Positions 1 through 12,364 of a stretch of DNA of 64,000 nt are shown in pieces; within the stretch, counting starts at the first letter, position 1; each line of letters opens with the position of its first letter. The position numbers were made by a program, and so were the translations under genes. The notes beneath the pieces are model-generated. The model worked only from the letters and a program-made list of their open reading frames with translations. It was not told where the DNA came from and ran no database searches. The DNA comes from Selaginella moellendorffii (lineage: Eukaryota > Plantae > Lycopodiophyta), in assembly GCF_000143415.4 (NCBI RefSeq), contig NW_003314396.1:109994-173993 (forward strand), written 5' to 3'.

Positions 1-238
1 GCAACTGAGCCAATATTAAAAGGATGGAAAGAAATTGGACGACGATGACAAGGAGAAGAGAGAGGTGAAGTAGTGGCAGGGGGAGGAGAAGTGATTGAGT
101 AGACATTTCCTTGTTTAAAATAAAATGGCATGTGCCTCAATGTAGTTGAATTTTTATATTTATATACTATATAAAGGTTTGGAAACCTTATTTTACAAGT
201 GGGATAATGACAATTCCCACTTTAACGAAATAAAGCTT
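1..238 (-). mobile_element. Left terminus (with TIR at 215-238) of a second, inverted copy of the large DNA transposon
   Basis: Reverse complement of ~18764-19003 with few substitutions; ends in TCCCACTTTAACGAAATAAAGCTT, the TIR sequence. Confidence 0.9.
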
Positions 239-768
239 ATGTTCCAGAAGGGGAACTAAGGAAGGTGGCCTTAGAAGAGTGTCATGACGGACCTCTTGCG
301 GGACACGGCGGAGTGCCCAAGACGATGGGCTTACTCAAAAGGAAGTACCATTGCCAGATATGGCTAAGGACGTCCAAGACTATGTAAAGACATGTCCAAC
401 ATGTCAGCAGGTAAAAGCCGTGACTAAGGCTAGTGGGGGCTTGTTGCAAAGCATCCCAATTCCAGATCGCCCGTGGAAATGTCTTACGATGGACTTCATC
501 ACGGGACTCCCCCCAAGCGAGGGGTTTGATGCGATATTCGTGGTGGTGGACCGATTTTCGAAAATGGCACACTTCATACCCACCACAACGGAGGTGGATG
601 CGGAAGGTGTGGCAAAGCTGTTCTTCGAACAAGTGGTTCGAGTGCGGGGAAGACCGGAAGAGATCATCTCAAATCGAGATAAGATCTTCACCAGTAGGTT
701 CTGGAGGACTCTCCTAGAACAGTATCACACCAAGTTGAAATTCAGCACAGCCTATCACCCACAGACAG

Positions 769-814
769 GTATGGGGTATTAAGTCAAGTTGTTGGCACTA
801 TCACTTCTTGACAG
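769..814 (+). other. Putative spliceosomal intron 1 in integrase (46 nt), duplicate copy
   Basis: CAG|GTATGG...TTCTTGACAG|AC; removal restores HPQTDGQTER. Confidence 0.85.
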
Positions 815-1232
815 ACGGACAAACGGAAAGGGTGAATAGGCAGCTGGAGGATTATTTGCGATGCTATGTCTCGGGAGACCAGACCGATTGGGTAAGTCAT
901 TTGGGACTTGCGGAAATGTGTTATAACAACTCACCACATTCGAGTATCGGGGTGAGTCCATGGGAAGTCATCAATGGGCGAGCTATTGAAGGTCCTGTGG
1001 AACTCGGCATGGCCGAGTATCATGGAGAGTTACCCGTAGTGGAGGCATTCACGGCGGAAAGACTCAGCATTTGGAATCTAGTGAGGGATTCCTTGGAACG
1101 GGCTCAACAAAGGCAAACCAAATACGCGACCCAGAAGCGTCGGGAGGTAGAGTTCCAAGCTGGGGAGAAGGTGTGGCTGAACACCAAGAACCTCAGACTA
1201 CCAAGCGGGATCAGCCGAAAGTTGACCCAAAG

Positions 1233-1284
1233 GTAAAGATGCAAGTATTCCTGTAAATGAATTGATCTTGAGTTCCTTAAGCAG
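1233..1284 (+). other. Putative spliceosomal intron 2 in integrase (52 nt), duplicate copy
   Basis: AAG|GTAAAG...TTAAGCAG|GT; removal restores KLTQRFAGPY. Confidence 0.85.
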
Positions 1285-2069
1285 GTTCGCGGGGCCTTAC
1301 GAGATTGAGGCACGAATCGGTAAAGTGGCTTACCGACTCCGACTTCCTCGAGAGATGCGGAAGATGCACCCAGTGTTCCACGTGAACTTACTCAAGCCGT
1401 ACTTTGAGGATCCGCTTCGCAAGGACCAAGTGAGACCTTTACCTGAGGTTATCCAAGGGGAAGAGGAATATGAAGTCGAGGCCATCCTCAATGCGCGCAA
1501 GAGCAAGCGACAAGGACGCGAGGTGAGAGAGTTCCATGTGAAGTGGAAAGGATTTCCACACTGCGAAGCAACATGGGAACCGGAGGAGAACCTAGCAAAC
1601 GCACGAGATCTAGTGGAGGAATTTCTGCAAGGCAGAACTCTATGTACTTATGCAAAATTCAATTAAAAATATCAATTTGCAAAGTTGAGCAAGTGGCATA
1701 TGTTGGGACCCGAAGGCGCGCCGAAGGTAAGCTAATTAGCATGGGTTGGATAGGTCGACCAGGCGTAGGGCACTACACCCGACTCCCCGCGGGGATGTCG
1801 AATCCGTAGACGTATTCTACAGAGGTTGGGTTCGAGTCCCAACCCCCTAGTAAAGCAAGGCTGGGTTCAAGTTCCGACCCCATACTAGGGCGTGGTGAGG
1901 TGAGGAGTATAGGGACACCTATATTCCGTTGTCATGGGCTCTTGGCCGGGGAGGCTAACTTAGGCACACCGCTAAGTGGGGGGATGCCCCCAGGGACATG
2001 GTCAACAAGTCGTAGGATAAAACGAGATGTTCGATGTGGGCATTGAACTTCTTCTATGGGTGGTGGAGT

Positions 2070-3228
2070 TGTAAGGAACCGACTCCCCGAGATGTCGTAG
2101 GCTAAAGGATCCCCAAAAGCTTGACCAAAATGACAAAGAGTTCATCGGATGGGACCAAGTCGAGGATCGAGTCCAAGACCGACTCTAGGACCGAGTTCGA
2201 GATAGAGTCCGGAATCGAGTCGAGACCGACTCGGGGAACGAGTTCAAGTCCGAGTTTGAGACCGAGTTCGAGAAGGAGTCCGAGATCCGAAATCAGGGCC
2301 GAGACCGAGTCCGAGGTCGAGTTCAAGGTCGGGTCCGAGATCGGGTCCGAGATCGAGTCCGAGATTGAGTCCGAGACCGAATCCGAAGTCGGATCCGAAA
2401 TCGGGTCCGAGATCGAGCCAGAGACTAAGTCCAAATACTAAAACGGGTCAAGGGGTGAAAGCCCAAAGCGTGCGTCTCCCAGGGGGGGGGGGGGGGGCTG
2501 CAGGGGGTTCCAAAAGTATAGTAGGGATAGTGAGGTCCAGGAACCAGTTTTGAAGGGACTCTCCAGTTGGGCTTCCAAACCGACTTGAGGTTGAGACTGG
2601 GACCGAGGGGCCTTGGGTGGGAGTGAGCATGGACTTGGCTGGTGCCGGAGGGGCCATCCAAGGAAGTGCTCAAGAGCAGCTCCCACTCTCGAAAGGGAAA
2701 CCGACTGCGGTGCTCCCGGCTCAGGTGGAGTGGTGCCCCACTTGAGTACCTTGTGGATTGGTCCTCGCCCTTCCGGGGGCTTGGGCCTTCCCTTCGGGAT
2801 GGAAGAGGGGGGGTAGAGGTACCCATACCGGGCTGTTAGGCCACGGTGTTTCGCCCCGACGTCCCGAAGTAAGTGCTGCACCCAAGGCTTGGGATTTAGA
2901 GGGTCCCATGATCAAGTCTTGTGGTACCAAGGGGTGTTAGGAATCTGGAGGCTTGGTGTGCTTGGCTGCTTGTGCCTGCGGGGAGTGTAGCCGAACCTTA
3001 AGTCCAGTCTAACCCGGGGAGGGGGATTGGGAGAGATTTGGGAATCCGTAGATGGATGGCTAACACTCCGTTGCTCGTGCAGTGAGTAGCTGAAACCAAG
3101 TAGGACCAAGTAGGAGCTGGTACCATAGGCGAGAACCTTGGCGAGGGAACTTAGCACAAGCCAAGGCAGAGTTGGTCAGATAGACGAGGTGAGCTAGCAA
3201 ATTGGAAAGGAAAAATTTGTGGCTTACA
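2070..3228 (+). repeat. LTR, family A (3' LTR of duplicated segment)
   Basis: TGTAAG...CTTACA ends, preceded by PPT-like GGGTGGTGGAG; near-identical to 33130-34285. Confidence 0.95.
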
Positions 3229-4117
3229 GTGGGCTCATGCAATTTTGAACCCAAAAATGCACCAAAAAATGCTCGACTAGCATTATTCTTTGAATGGCGT
3301 GTGGCCTTATATTGCCATAAATGAATGTACACACACAGCATAATTATTCTTTTACACAGCGAATAATCTTGGCGCGGATCACTGACACGGCATGGCAAAG
3401 TTCTAATCACTGACATGGCACAGCTGGATCGAGGCAAGGACATGATGTGACAAAGTTCAACCTCCGACAGCAAAATCTAGAAGCTACTCAGTTTGAAATT
3501 TGTCAGAGGAATCATAAGATCTGGTTTGTCAGAGGATTTGATGTGACGTTCAAGCGTGTGTTATTTTTGAATTCTCGAACTCATTCCTAGGTCTATCATT
3601 TTTGTGCGCCGTGTTCTTGGTTCCGCTGAGCGCAGTGAGCGCTGCTTGTGTAAGCGGCGTTGTGAGCTGTGGTTTATGCGTCTACAAGCAGTTGCGGCAT
3701 TGCGAGTGCCATTGCGAGCGGCAGTTTATGCGAGTGGCAGTTTGTGCGAGCGGCGCTACGAGCAGTTGTGGTGTTGCGAGCGGCACTACAAGTAGTTGCG
3801 GTGTTGCGAGCGGCACTGTTTTTGGTGTGGCTACCGCTTCCTCTTGATATTCGGCACTTGTGTTTCTTGGTATGTTCACCATGGAATGGCTTAGGACCAC
3901 ATTTAGAAATGGCATGAGGCCACATGCCATCTTGGGCCCTTGCAATTTCATGGCTAGCGTATTGTCATGTATGTTTTTACAAACATAAGTCTTGCAAGCG
4001 TTCAAAGAGTCTTTATATCGAGAATTGTAGTGATATCATTGTGGACATAAGGATGGGAACAAACATTACAAACTAAAGTCTATGGTGACTACAAAAGAAG
4101 CAAAAGTTCTTCATGAA

Positions 4118-5261
4118 TGTAGCGCACGTGGTTTTGACCCTTTATCCTATGGTGATTTACCATAGGATAACACCACAAAGTGGAACCTAAACCCTCTTTG
4201 TGCCACATGACAGATGCCACGTGTCCATGCCATGTGTCCATAGGAACCCGAGGTTCAGGGCCTTGGGCCACTGAACAAAGGAACGGTGCCAAACTCCCAA
4301 GCGTGGAGCCAAGGAGTGATGGAACCGGACCACGGAGCAACTCCCGAGCATATAGCCCAAGGAGCGAAGGGACAGGAGCCCGGAGCGACTTGGAACAGTC
4401 TTGGAGCAACCAGCATCCCAATGCCAGGACCAGCACGCAAAACAGAGCCAAACAGAGTCTGGCACTATTTCGGCATACCGGTGGCCTAACGTGAGGATAT
4501 GGGTACTCCACCAGCTAGCATGGAATGGAACTTGAGCTTAGACCCAAGCCGGATGCAGAACAAGGAAAGGCACGCAAGCGGGAGCTAGACTATGCCTCAG
4601 GTTGGTTGGCCATGCCCGACCTACCCACTATCCCTACTATACATTTAGAACCCCCCATAGCCCCCCCCCCCCCCCCCCCTTGAGGAACACACGCTTTGGG
4701 CTTTCACCCCAAGCCTCCCTTAGTATCAGGAGTTAGTCTCTGGGACAAGCTCGAAACTTACTAAATATGGAATGTCACTAGATTGCGAATTTGGACATGG
4801 GACGAACACCATTGTGTTCAAGATGATCTCTACATTCCATAGATATGCCAAATGAGCAAATCTGGACACTTTCCATAAATAGCATTTGGGACCGAATTGA
4901 GACTAACGCTAAGGGCATGATAGCGAGGGTGTTTGGCAGACACAGTAAACTATCATCTAGCGATATTGAGGGACCAAGCTCAATATCGCGGGGGTTCCCA
5001 ACACTAGCAAGTGCAAGCCAACATCATGAGTTTCTCATCACCGTGTCAAGTCTGCTTGACTAAATGACAACTTAGGATTTCCTTCCTTAGTGCCCTTCCG
5101 GTCTAAGTGCACATGTGATGACCAGTTTCTCAACTAGCTTAGGCGGAGACTAATAACGGGCCCAGCAATACCGACCTCCTACCATCGTGGTAGTAAGGTA
5201 AGAGTGTCCGTAAGGACTAGCTGACAGGTAACTTTTGATACCCGAAGTCACATTCGCGACA
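4118..5261 (-). mobile_element. Solo LTR, family B, with 5-bp TSD ATGAA
   Basis: TGTAGCG...CGCGACA ends; ATGAA at 4113-4117 and 5262-5266; homologous to 53557-54667. Orientation taken from the PBS beside the copy at 56899. Confidence 0.9.
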
Positions 5262-5585
5262 ATGAAGAATTATAGTCAAGGTTGTCATCATTATGGTGAG
5301 CTTAGACATTACAGAAAAGCTTGAGGATAAGTTTCCACATGTAAAGCTCTATCTTGTCTTTTTTTCCTACAAATATCTTACAATGGATGATAATTCCTGA
5401 ATATATTGGTGTGTGGTTTTCTTAATTTTATTTGTTGTAGACTAAGTTGAAGATTTTTTCTTGAATCTTGAGAGGCAAATTCTTGAGTGCCTTCGAGAGT
5501 CTTTTTGTATTTTGCATTCAAAGATAAGAAATGTCATGGTTGCAATTTATTTGATTTTCCCATCTTCTTCTTCTAATTCTATTAT

Positions 5586-6085
5586 TGTAGCGCACATGCT
5601 TTTTACCCTATCTTATGGTGATTTAGCATAGGATAACACCATGAAGCAGAACCTAAACCCTCCATGTGCCATGTGTCATATGCCACGTGTCCATAGGATA
5701 GTGGTGTGGAACCCAGGTTCAAGGCCTTGGGCCACTGAACGAACGAACGGTGCCAAACTCCCAAACATGGAGCCAAGGAGTGATGGAATTGGACCATAGA
5801 GCAACTCCCAAATATACAGCCCAAGGAGCAAAAGGACAGGAGAACAGAGCAACTTGGAACAATCCTAGAGTATCCAACATCCCAATGCTAGGAAATGCAC
5901 GCAAAATGGAGCTAAATGGAATCTAGCACTATTTCAGTATACCTGTGGCCTAATGCGAGGACATGGGTACTCCACCAGCTAGCATGGTGTGGAACTTGGG
6001 CTTAGACCCAAGCCCGACGTAGAACAAGGACAAGCATACAAGCGGGAGCTAGACTATGCCTCAGGTTGGTTGGCCATGTCTGACC
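5586..6085 (-). repeat. Partial LTR, family B
   Basis: Begins TGTAGCGCAC and aligns with 4118-~4620, then breaks off. Confidence 0.85.
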
Positions 6086-6095
6086 TTGGGCTTTC

Positions 6096-7462
6096 TGTAG
6101 GAATTGACTCCTCGAGATGTTGTAGGCTAAAGGATCCCTGAAAGCATGACCGAAATGACAAAGAGTTCATCGGATGGGACTGAGTCGAAGATCGAGTCCA
6201 AGATTGACTCTGAGACCGAGTTTGAGATAGAGTTCGGGATCGAGCCCGAGGCCGAATCGGAGACCGAGTCCGAGATCGAGTTCGAGACCGAGTTCGAGAC
6301 AGAGTCTGAGATCCAAATCGGGTCCGAGACCAAGTCCGAGGTCAAGTCCGAAGTCGGTGATACTTCCAAACTAACTTGAGGTTGAGACTGGGGCCGAGGG
6401 GACTTGGGTGGGAGGGAGCATGGGCTTGGGTGGTGCCGGAGGGGCCACCTAGGGAAGTGCTCAAGGGCAGCTCCCACTTCTGAAAGGGAAACCGACTGTG
6501 GTGCTCCCAGCTCGTGTGGAGTGGTAGAGGTACGCCACGGTGTTTCACCCCGATGTCCCGAAGAAAGTGTGGCACCCAAGACTTGGGATTTAGAGGGTCC
6601 CATGATCAAGTCTTGTTGTACCAAGGGGTGTTAGGAACCTAGAGGCTTGGTGTGCTTGGCTGCCTGTGCTTGCGGGGAGTGTAGCCGAACCTTAAGTCCA
6701 GTCTAACCCAGGGAGTGGGATTGGGAGAGATTTGGGAATCCGTGGATGGATTGCTAACACTCCATTGCTCATGTAGTGAGTAGCAAGCCGGACTAACGGT
6801 GCAGCAGCTAGGCGAACCAAGGACTATAGAGTTTGTTCAAGGTAGCCAAAGCATAGATGAGGTACTTCGACAAGCGAGAGTCGAAGTAGGGACATGAAAA
6901 GTGGACATGGATTTCACCGTGTTGGACATGGCGGGATTTGATGTGATCTTCGGAATGGATTGGTTCAATCGGTTCGTGGTAGCCCTGCATGGACAACGTA
7001 GAAACCTTGTCATACTGGTGAATGCCTAAAGAAGAAGATGTAGGGTGGAGGCCCAAGATCTAAAGGTAGGGCAAAGCAAGGCCAAAGATTCCTGCTTAAA
7101 CCTGGTGTCCACGAGAGGACAACTCACTAGAAGAACTAAGGCAGCATTTTTGTGCTTACTCTCGGTGAAGAGTGACAAAAAGACAGGAATGGAAGAAGTA
7201 CCTTTAGTGATCCAGCAGGTGTTGGACCAATTCCAGGATACCATGCCGGAGGAGCTACCGGCGGGGCTACCCCCAGCATGACCGATAGAACATAAGATTG
7301 AGCTGGTCGAGGGTGCTGAGGCAGTGGTTCGTCCCCCTTATCGTTTGAACGAAAAAGAACTCAAGGAGCTCAAGGGCCAACTAGAGGAGTTGGTGGACAA
7401 AGGGTATGTTAGGTTGAGCAAGTCGCCGTATGGGGTGCCAGTGTTATTTGTGAAATAGAAAG
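6096..7462 (+). mobile_element. Internally deleted family A copy (LTR fused directly to protease/RT fragment)
   Basis: 6096-~6783 matches LTR A with deletions; ~6784-7462 matches pol at ~29013-29692 with stops; interrupted at 7463 by family C. Confidence 0.88.
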
Positions 7463-8505
7463 TGTAAGCGACTAATTTTTCCATTCTACTTTAGTCACTT
7501 AACCACACATTCGACCACTTGGAGGAGTCTCACTCACAACCTTCTTAAGTCCAATTCAAGGCTTGGGACTTACTAGCCCCGAGAATGGCATCTATGCCAC
7601 TCATCCCTTGCACTTAGTCCAAGTGCTCCACATGTCTGATCCCAAGACCGACACCCCAAGGTACCACCGACATACTAGCCCATTACGCTAAGGCCATGCC
7701 CCTTTACCTTGGTCATATTAGTGGTCTAACACCACCTGCATCACAACCCCGTCTCTCAAGGACTGGACCATCCGTCCATGAGTGATCATTCCAGATCCAC
7801 TCCTTAGCATCCTTAGGATACCCACAGACGTGGGGAATAGTCTTCCCCAATATCCCTTTTCTGGTCCCCACCAAGTCCCTTTCTGCCCACGGCCGTGATC
7901 ACCAACACTACCACTGAATTGAGGCCCACCGGCCCGACCACTAAGTCCCACGGTCCTCTAGGACTTCCTCACCACACGAACTGTGTCCTTGGTCACTACC
8001 CCAGAGGACTGCTCCTCTTCCTTTCCACAGTCTGGGCCTTTGGGACAACATTTCGGAGCACCGTGGCCTTACGCGAGCCACCTGGGTACTCTCCCCGCCT
8101 TTTGCCTTTAGGTGCTCTAGCCATGGGCTTAGAGCAAGGTTCCGTTGAGCCATACCTGGTATCCAAGCAGGTAGTGCCACCCACACTTGGACTGGGAGCA
8201 TCGGCCAGTCGATCTCCCGGGGGAACTAGAGCCGGCTCTTGAACACTTCACCAAGCTACCCTGCTTGTCTGTCTGTATTCACTCTAGTCTTGGACTTCCT
8301 AGTGGTCAGTTCATAACTCAACACTGGGTCTGGCCTTCTTGGGCCAAACTGGCCTTTCCTGGCCAAACTGGCTCCACTGCAATCCTCCCCCTTACTATAC
8401 TTTTGGAGCTCACCAAACCCCCCAGGGTCTGGGAGACGAATGCTTTGGGCTTTCATCCTCTCAGACTCGAACTCGGACTCGGACTCAGACTCGGACTCGG
8501 ACTGA

Positions 8506-11500
8506 CTCTCCAACTTAGAAACTGATTGGACCACTTGTGGTGGTTCTTTCTGTTTATTGGTTTAGTTCTCGCTAAACTTGTTAAAGACACCGTCACTACT
8601 CCATCTTGAGTAGTTTCAATTTTCATCGATATAACCTTTGCACTTTTGGAACGTTTACTTTTGACTTCTTGAAGTCAATTTTCCTAGATGTCTCTGACAC
8701 CTTGCCTTGCACATTTTGTGCAACTCCACTTCCCCTCTTAGGAAGTTCTCTACTCGAGGGCACCCTCATCCTCTTTTCTATTTTTGTGCCACCATTGGCA
8801 TTACATTCCATTTATCATTATTTGTGCTAAGGTTGTCCACGGCCCTATCTTTTGGCTACTTAATTGCTCCTTCACTTGGAGCCTTTCCTTTGCCAAATTG
8901 GAGCACTTGGGAATCCATCCTTGGAAGTCCACTTCTTTTTCCGCAATCCATTAGTATCAAACACATTAGTGTTCCTTGGTTAACTTTGCCACTTGGATTC
9001 TTTCCAATGGATTCCACGTCCCTATCTTGGGCACTCGTCTTTTGCTTCTATCCTTGGATTGTTGCACCAAAGAACATAGGATCATTACCTCCCTCCTGGA
9101 GGTATTCTTTTGGTTCCATAGCATAGGATCTACTTTGCCCAGACTAGGGTGTTCACCCCTAGTAAGTCTCCCCAACTGTTCTAGGCTCTCTTCCTAGCCC
9201 AACCTTGTGACCCACCCATGGGCCTGTCTCTGGAGACTATTCTCTTGAACTTGTAATACCATTGTATTGTAGTAGTTCATTTCCCTTAGGTGTCCTTCCC
9301 ACTTAGTCACCTTGACCAAGCCACACCTTTATTAATAGTTCAAATCAACACTTTGAACTAGGAATCATATTCCTTAACCCAAACAAAGACCTTGTCCTTG
9401 TTTAGCCATAAGATCACCTAGTGATCTCATCTTGACCCCTTAATAGGTCTACCAATAGGAATTAGGTCTTCCAGACCTTACTAAGTTATTGACTATGACC
9501 CCGGGGGCATCCCCCACACTTGGCGGTGCACCCAAGCTAGCCCTTCCGGCCAAGGATCCATAGCAACTGAGACTGGGTGTCCCCATCTCATTCACCACGT
9601 CCTTGGTGCCTTTTGCACCAAAGTGTTCAAGTTAGATATGCCGAGCTTTCACTCTAAGCAATCTAACCATGCATCATGACTCCGGGGCATCCCCCGCTTG
9701 GCAGTGTGCCCAAGCCAATCTCCACACTGAGAGTCCATGACCACCGAAAAATGAGTGTTCTCATATTCCAAACCATCACCACGCCCTAGTGAGTTGGGAC
9801 TGGAACCCAAGCACTAGAGGGTCGGGACTCGAACCCAACCTCCATATATGCATCTACGGACGGCATCACCTAGGATGCCTAGCGTGACTCATCACGCCGG
9901 TGCACCAACTTTTACTCAAAGCGTGCTATAGATCACAACTTAGGAACCTAGTTCCTCCACACTGCCAAGTCCTCTCACTTGACAAGTCTGTGATCATGTA
10001 TGGACTCCTCCATGCTTGGCCCCATGGCCCACCCTTTTTGAAGTTATCACCTTCAACTAGGGTATTTGTTCCCCTAACTTGCCAATCTCGCTTTGGCAAG
10101 TCCTTCGACCACTGTAACATGGTTCCTGCACAAGCGTGAAAGCCCTTGATCATCAACTTTTGTTCAAAGCCCTCTCTTTGAACACTCGGGAACTACTTCC
10201 ATAACCTTGATAGCCTTGCCTCATGGCAAACTTCAAGACCATGCTTCTGCTGCGCCACTCTGATTTCGCACGTTCCTTGAACCATTTACGCTTGGCATTT
10301 CTAGGTACTAAGCTACCTAGAATCATCTTTGGGAACTCTGTCCCTTAACTTGCTAAGGCCTCCCTTTTTGGAAGCTTTCCAATTACCATATAGTCTAACA
10401 TGAACAATTCCAAATTTTAGACTCTCCATGGCATCACGGTTGTTAGCGGCAACACCCTCGAGCCCCCACTTGATTCTCCACTCCCAGCTAGCATAACCAA
10501 CCTTGGTTATGCCCTTCGATTCCTATGGTTCGGTTTTATCCCCTTACTTCTTGCTTTCGGCTTCACACCTCTCTTTCGGTCATTCTCCTCCAGACCAGGA
10601 GGATAGCTTTGCACTTTCCATCATGCCTTAGCAAATATTCTTAGGGATGAACTTACCCGATAGCCTAGGGAGTGGTTCCTCAATCCAGGTATGCTCACCT
10701 TATAATCCCACACACCAGGATTACGTTGTTGCTTATGGGCCTTTACATGCCTATCGCTAGCCTTGCTAAAATTCCATTTTTTGGCTTTGTCCAATTCCAG
10801 TAGACAATCTTCTCCTATCTCCGCCACCTTGGACATTTGGATAGCACCTTCTATCCCTCATTCGCTAGGGACTTAGTCCCTTGGGCCTTATCTATTGCCT
10901 TCACGACATCAAACACCACCTCCTGGTGTTCTAGAGTGTTCGGGTGTCCCAATGATGGCCTCCTGATAATGAGCATTCCCGTTTACGACATTGACTTACT
11001 ATATCGCAACATAAGCAACTTATCCCCCGTAAGGGTATATCTAACTTCCCTATGCCATTAAAAAGGCTTGGGTAGTTACCTTCTACCCGTTTAACCAATT
11101 ATTTTGCACCTTTTGCTTAGTTGCCTCATAGTTGTCAAGTCCTACAACTCATTGCTGGTGCTTCCACACCTTCATTATTATCTGGGTCACCACACTCCAA
11201 CTACATGCTCTGCAACTTAGGCTATGCCATTCCCATTTCCATTGGGATTCCTTTGGCGAGGGGTTCTCATGAACCCACCAACATAACCTCAAGGTATCAC
11301 ACCTTGGCACATTTGGTGTCTCCACACCATCGGCTCCACGAGCCTACCTTTATGACACTTCTTCTTTGTGTCTAAGTCCTTGCCAAGACCAATACCACTC
11401 TTTCTCATGCCAACCATCCATTAGCACTGCACCATAGTGGTCACACACAACTTTGTGTCAAAGTTGTTTTCTTTTGGGAACACCTTTCCCATGACTTTAG

Positions 11501-12278
11501 CATGGCACATTTTGCTGTCGATGAGATACCCTCTGTTCTCATCCTTGGATCCTATGATCCCCCCCATCCTTCGTGGAGTACCACACACCTCAGTCTAAAT
11601 GCTTCCATCAGTCCTTTAGGACCATTCCCTGACTCTACTTGAGTCATCCAGCAGTTTTGGACTTGGTTAATCCATAGACCCATAAGGTCCTACTTGTGGG
11701 GCATTAGCTCACTGGAATACATTTCTTGCATTCATGTCCTCACTCACAAGGACTATTTTCACAAGTGTTACTCTGACACTTGATTTTGTTCTCTGGGGCA
11801 ACCTTTGCCCCTTAGGACTACTCGTCCATGTGATGAGAATACCAACTCATCTCTAAGTACACCCCCTAACTCCTTGGGTTGTTCCAGCATTTATTAAAGG
11901 TAGCCCCGGCTACCATTTCAAGGACTTGAGCCCTCTTCCGTATTTGACCTCCCACAGTCATTACTTCTGGTCTCACATTAATGAGCACCAACCTCAATTA
12001 TATGAGGATAATCTTGTGACTCCTTTATTGCTTTGGAGTCTTTATCTTTCACGTGATCCCAACTATAGTTGTTTATCACAACTACGTTAGCCCGTTTGTT
12101 GCATCAAACACTCATTTGGATCACATCCTCAGCTCTCTGAGGAAACCTTATACTGTTCCCAAGATCCCAAAGTCGTTCCATTATTGGCCCCTTTTCTATC
12201 CACCACATTGTGCTGAAGTTCACGCATGAACTTGAGTGGAGAGCCATGTCCTCTCGACATACTACTCCTCAAGGATAA
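8506..12278 (-). repeat. Diverged second copy of the family C internal region, inserted in the 3' LTR
   Basis: Colinear with ~12851-15893 (starts TCTCCAACTTAGA, ends CAAGGATA) with many substitutions and indels. Confidence 0.8.
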
Positions 12279-12364
12279 GGACTCTTCTAGAACAATATCG
12301 CACCAAGTTGAAATTCAGCACAGCCTATCACCCACAAACAGGTATTGGGTATTAAGTCAAGTTT
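12278..12364 (+). repeat. Captured fragment of family A integrase including the 5' half of intron 1
   Basis: Matches 31766-31850 (RTLLEQYRTKLKFSTAYHPQT|GTATTGGGTATTAAGTCAAGTT); donor GT at 12342-12343. Confidence 0.85.

Larger units (their letters stand above)
241..1666 (+). pseudogene. 5'-truncated gypsy integrase + chromodomain; exons 241-768, 815-1232, 1285-1666
   Basis: HHCC zinc finger, MDF...D, YHPQT^DGQTER, KLTQR^FAGPY and chromodomain EYEVEAIL...VKWKGF...TWEPEENL become continuous after removing two GT-AG segments. Confidence 0.9.
238..3980 (+). repeat. Segmental duplicate of ~31298-35037 (3' half of LTR family A element plus its downstream transposon flank)
   Basis: Colinear near-identity, including the same post-LTR flank GTGGGCTCATGCAATTTTGAACC; similarity ends at ATGTTTTTAC (3980 vs 35037). 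Confidence 0.95.

Noticed and set aside
2102-2441. E/S/I-rich or L/G-rich ORFs in LTRs (also 6127-6624, 16950-17700, 26504-26794, 33181-33502, 40745-41414, 52928-53308)
   Set aside because: By-products of stop-free hexamer arrays in LTR U3 regions, open in several frames and on both strands.
241-3228. Independent second insertion of family A
   Set aside because: It shares the exact downstream flank with the 26453-34285 element, so it is a DNA-level duplicate and gives no independent evidence for intron retention.
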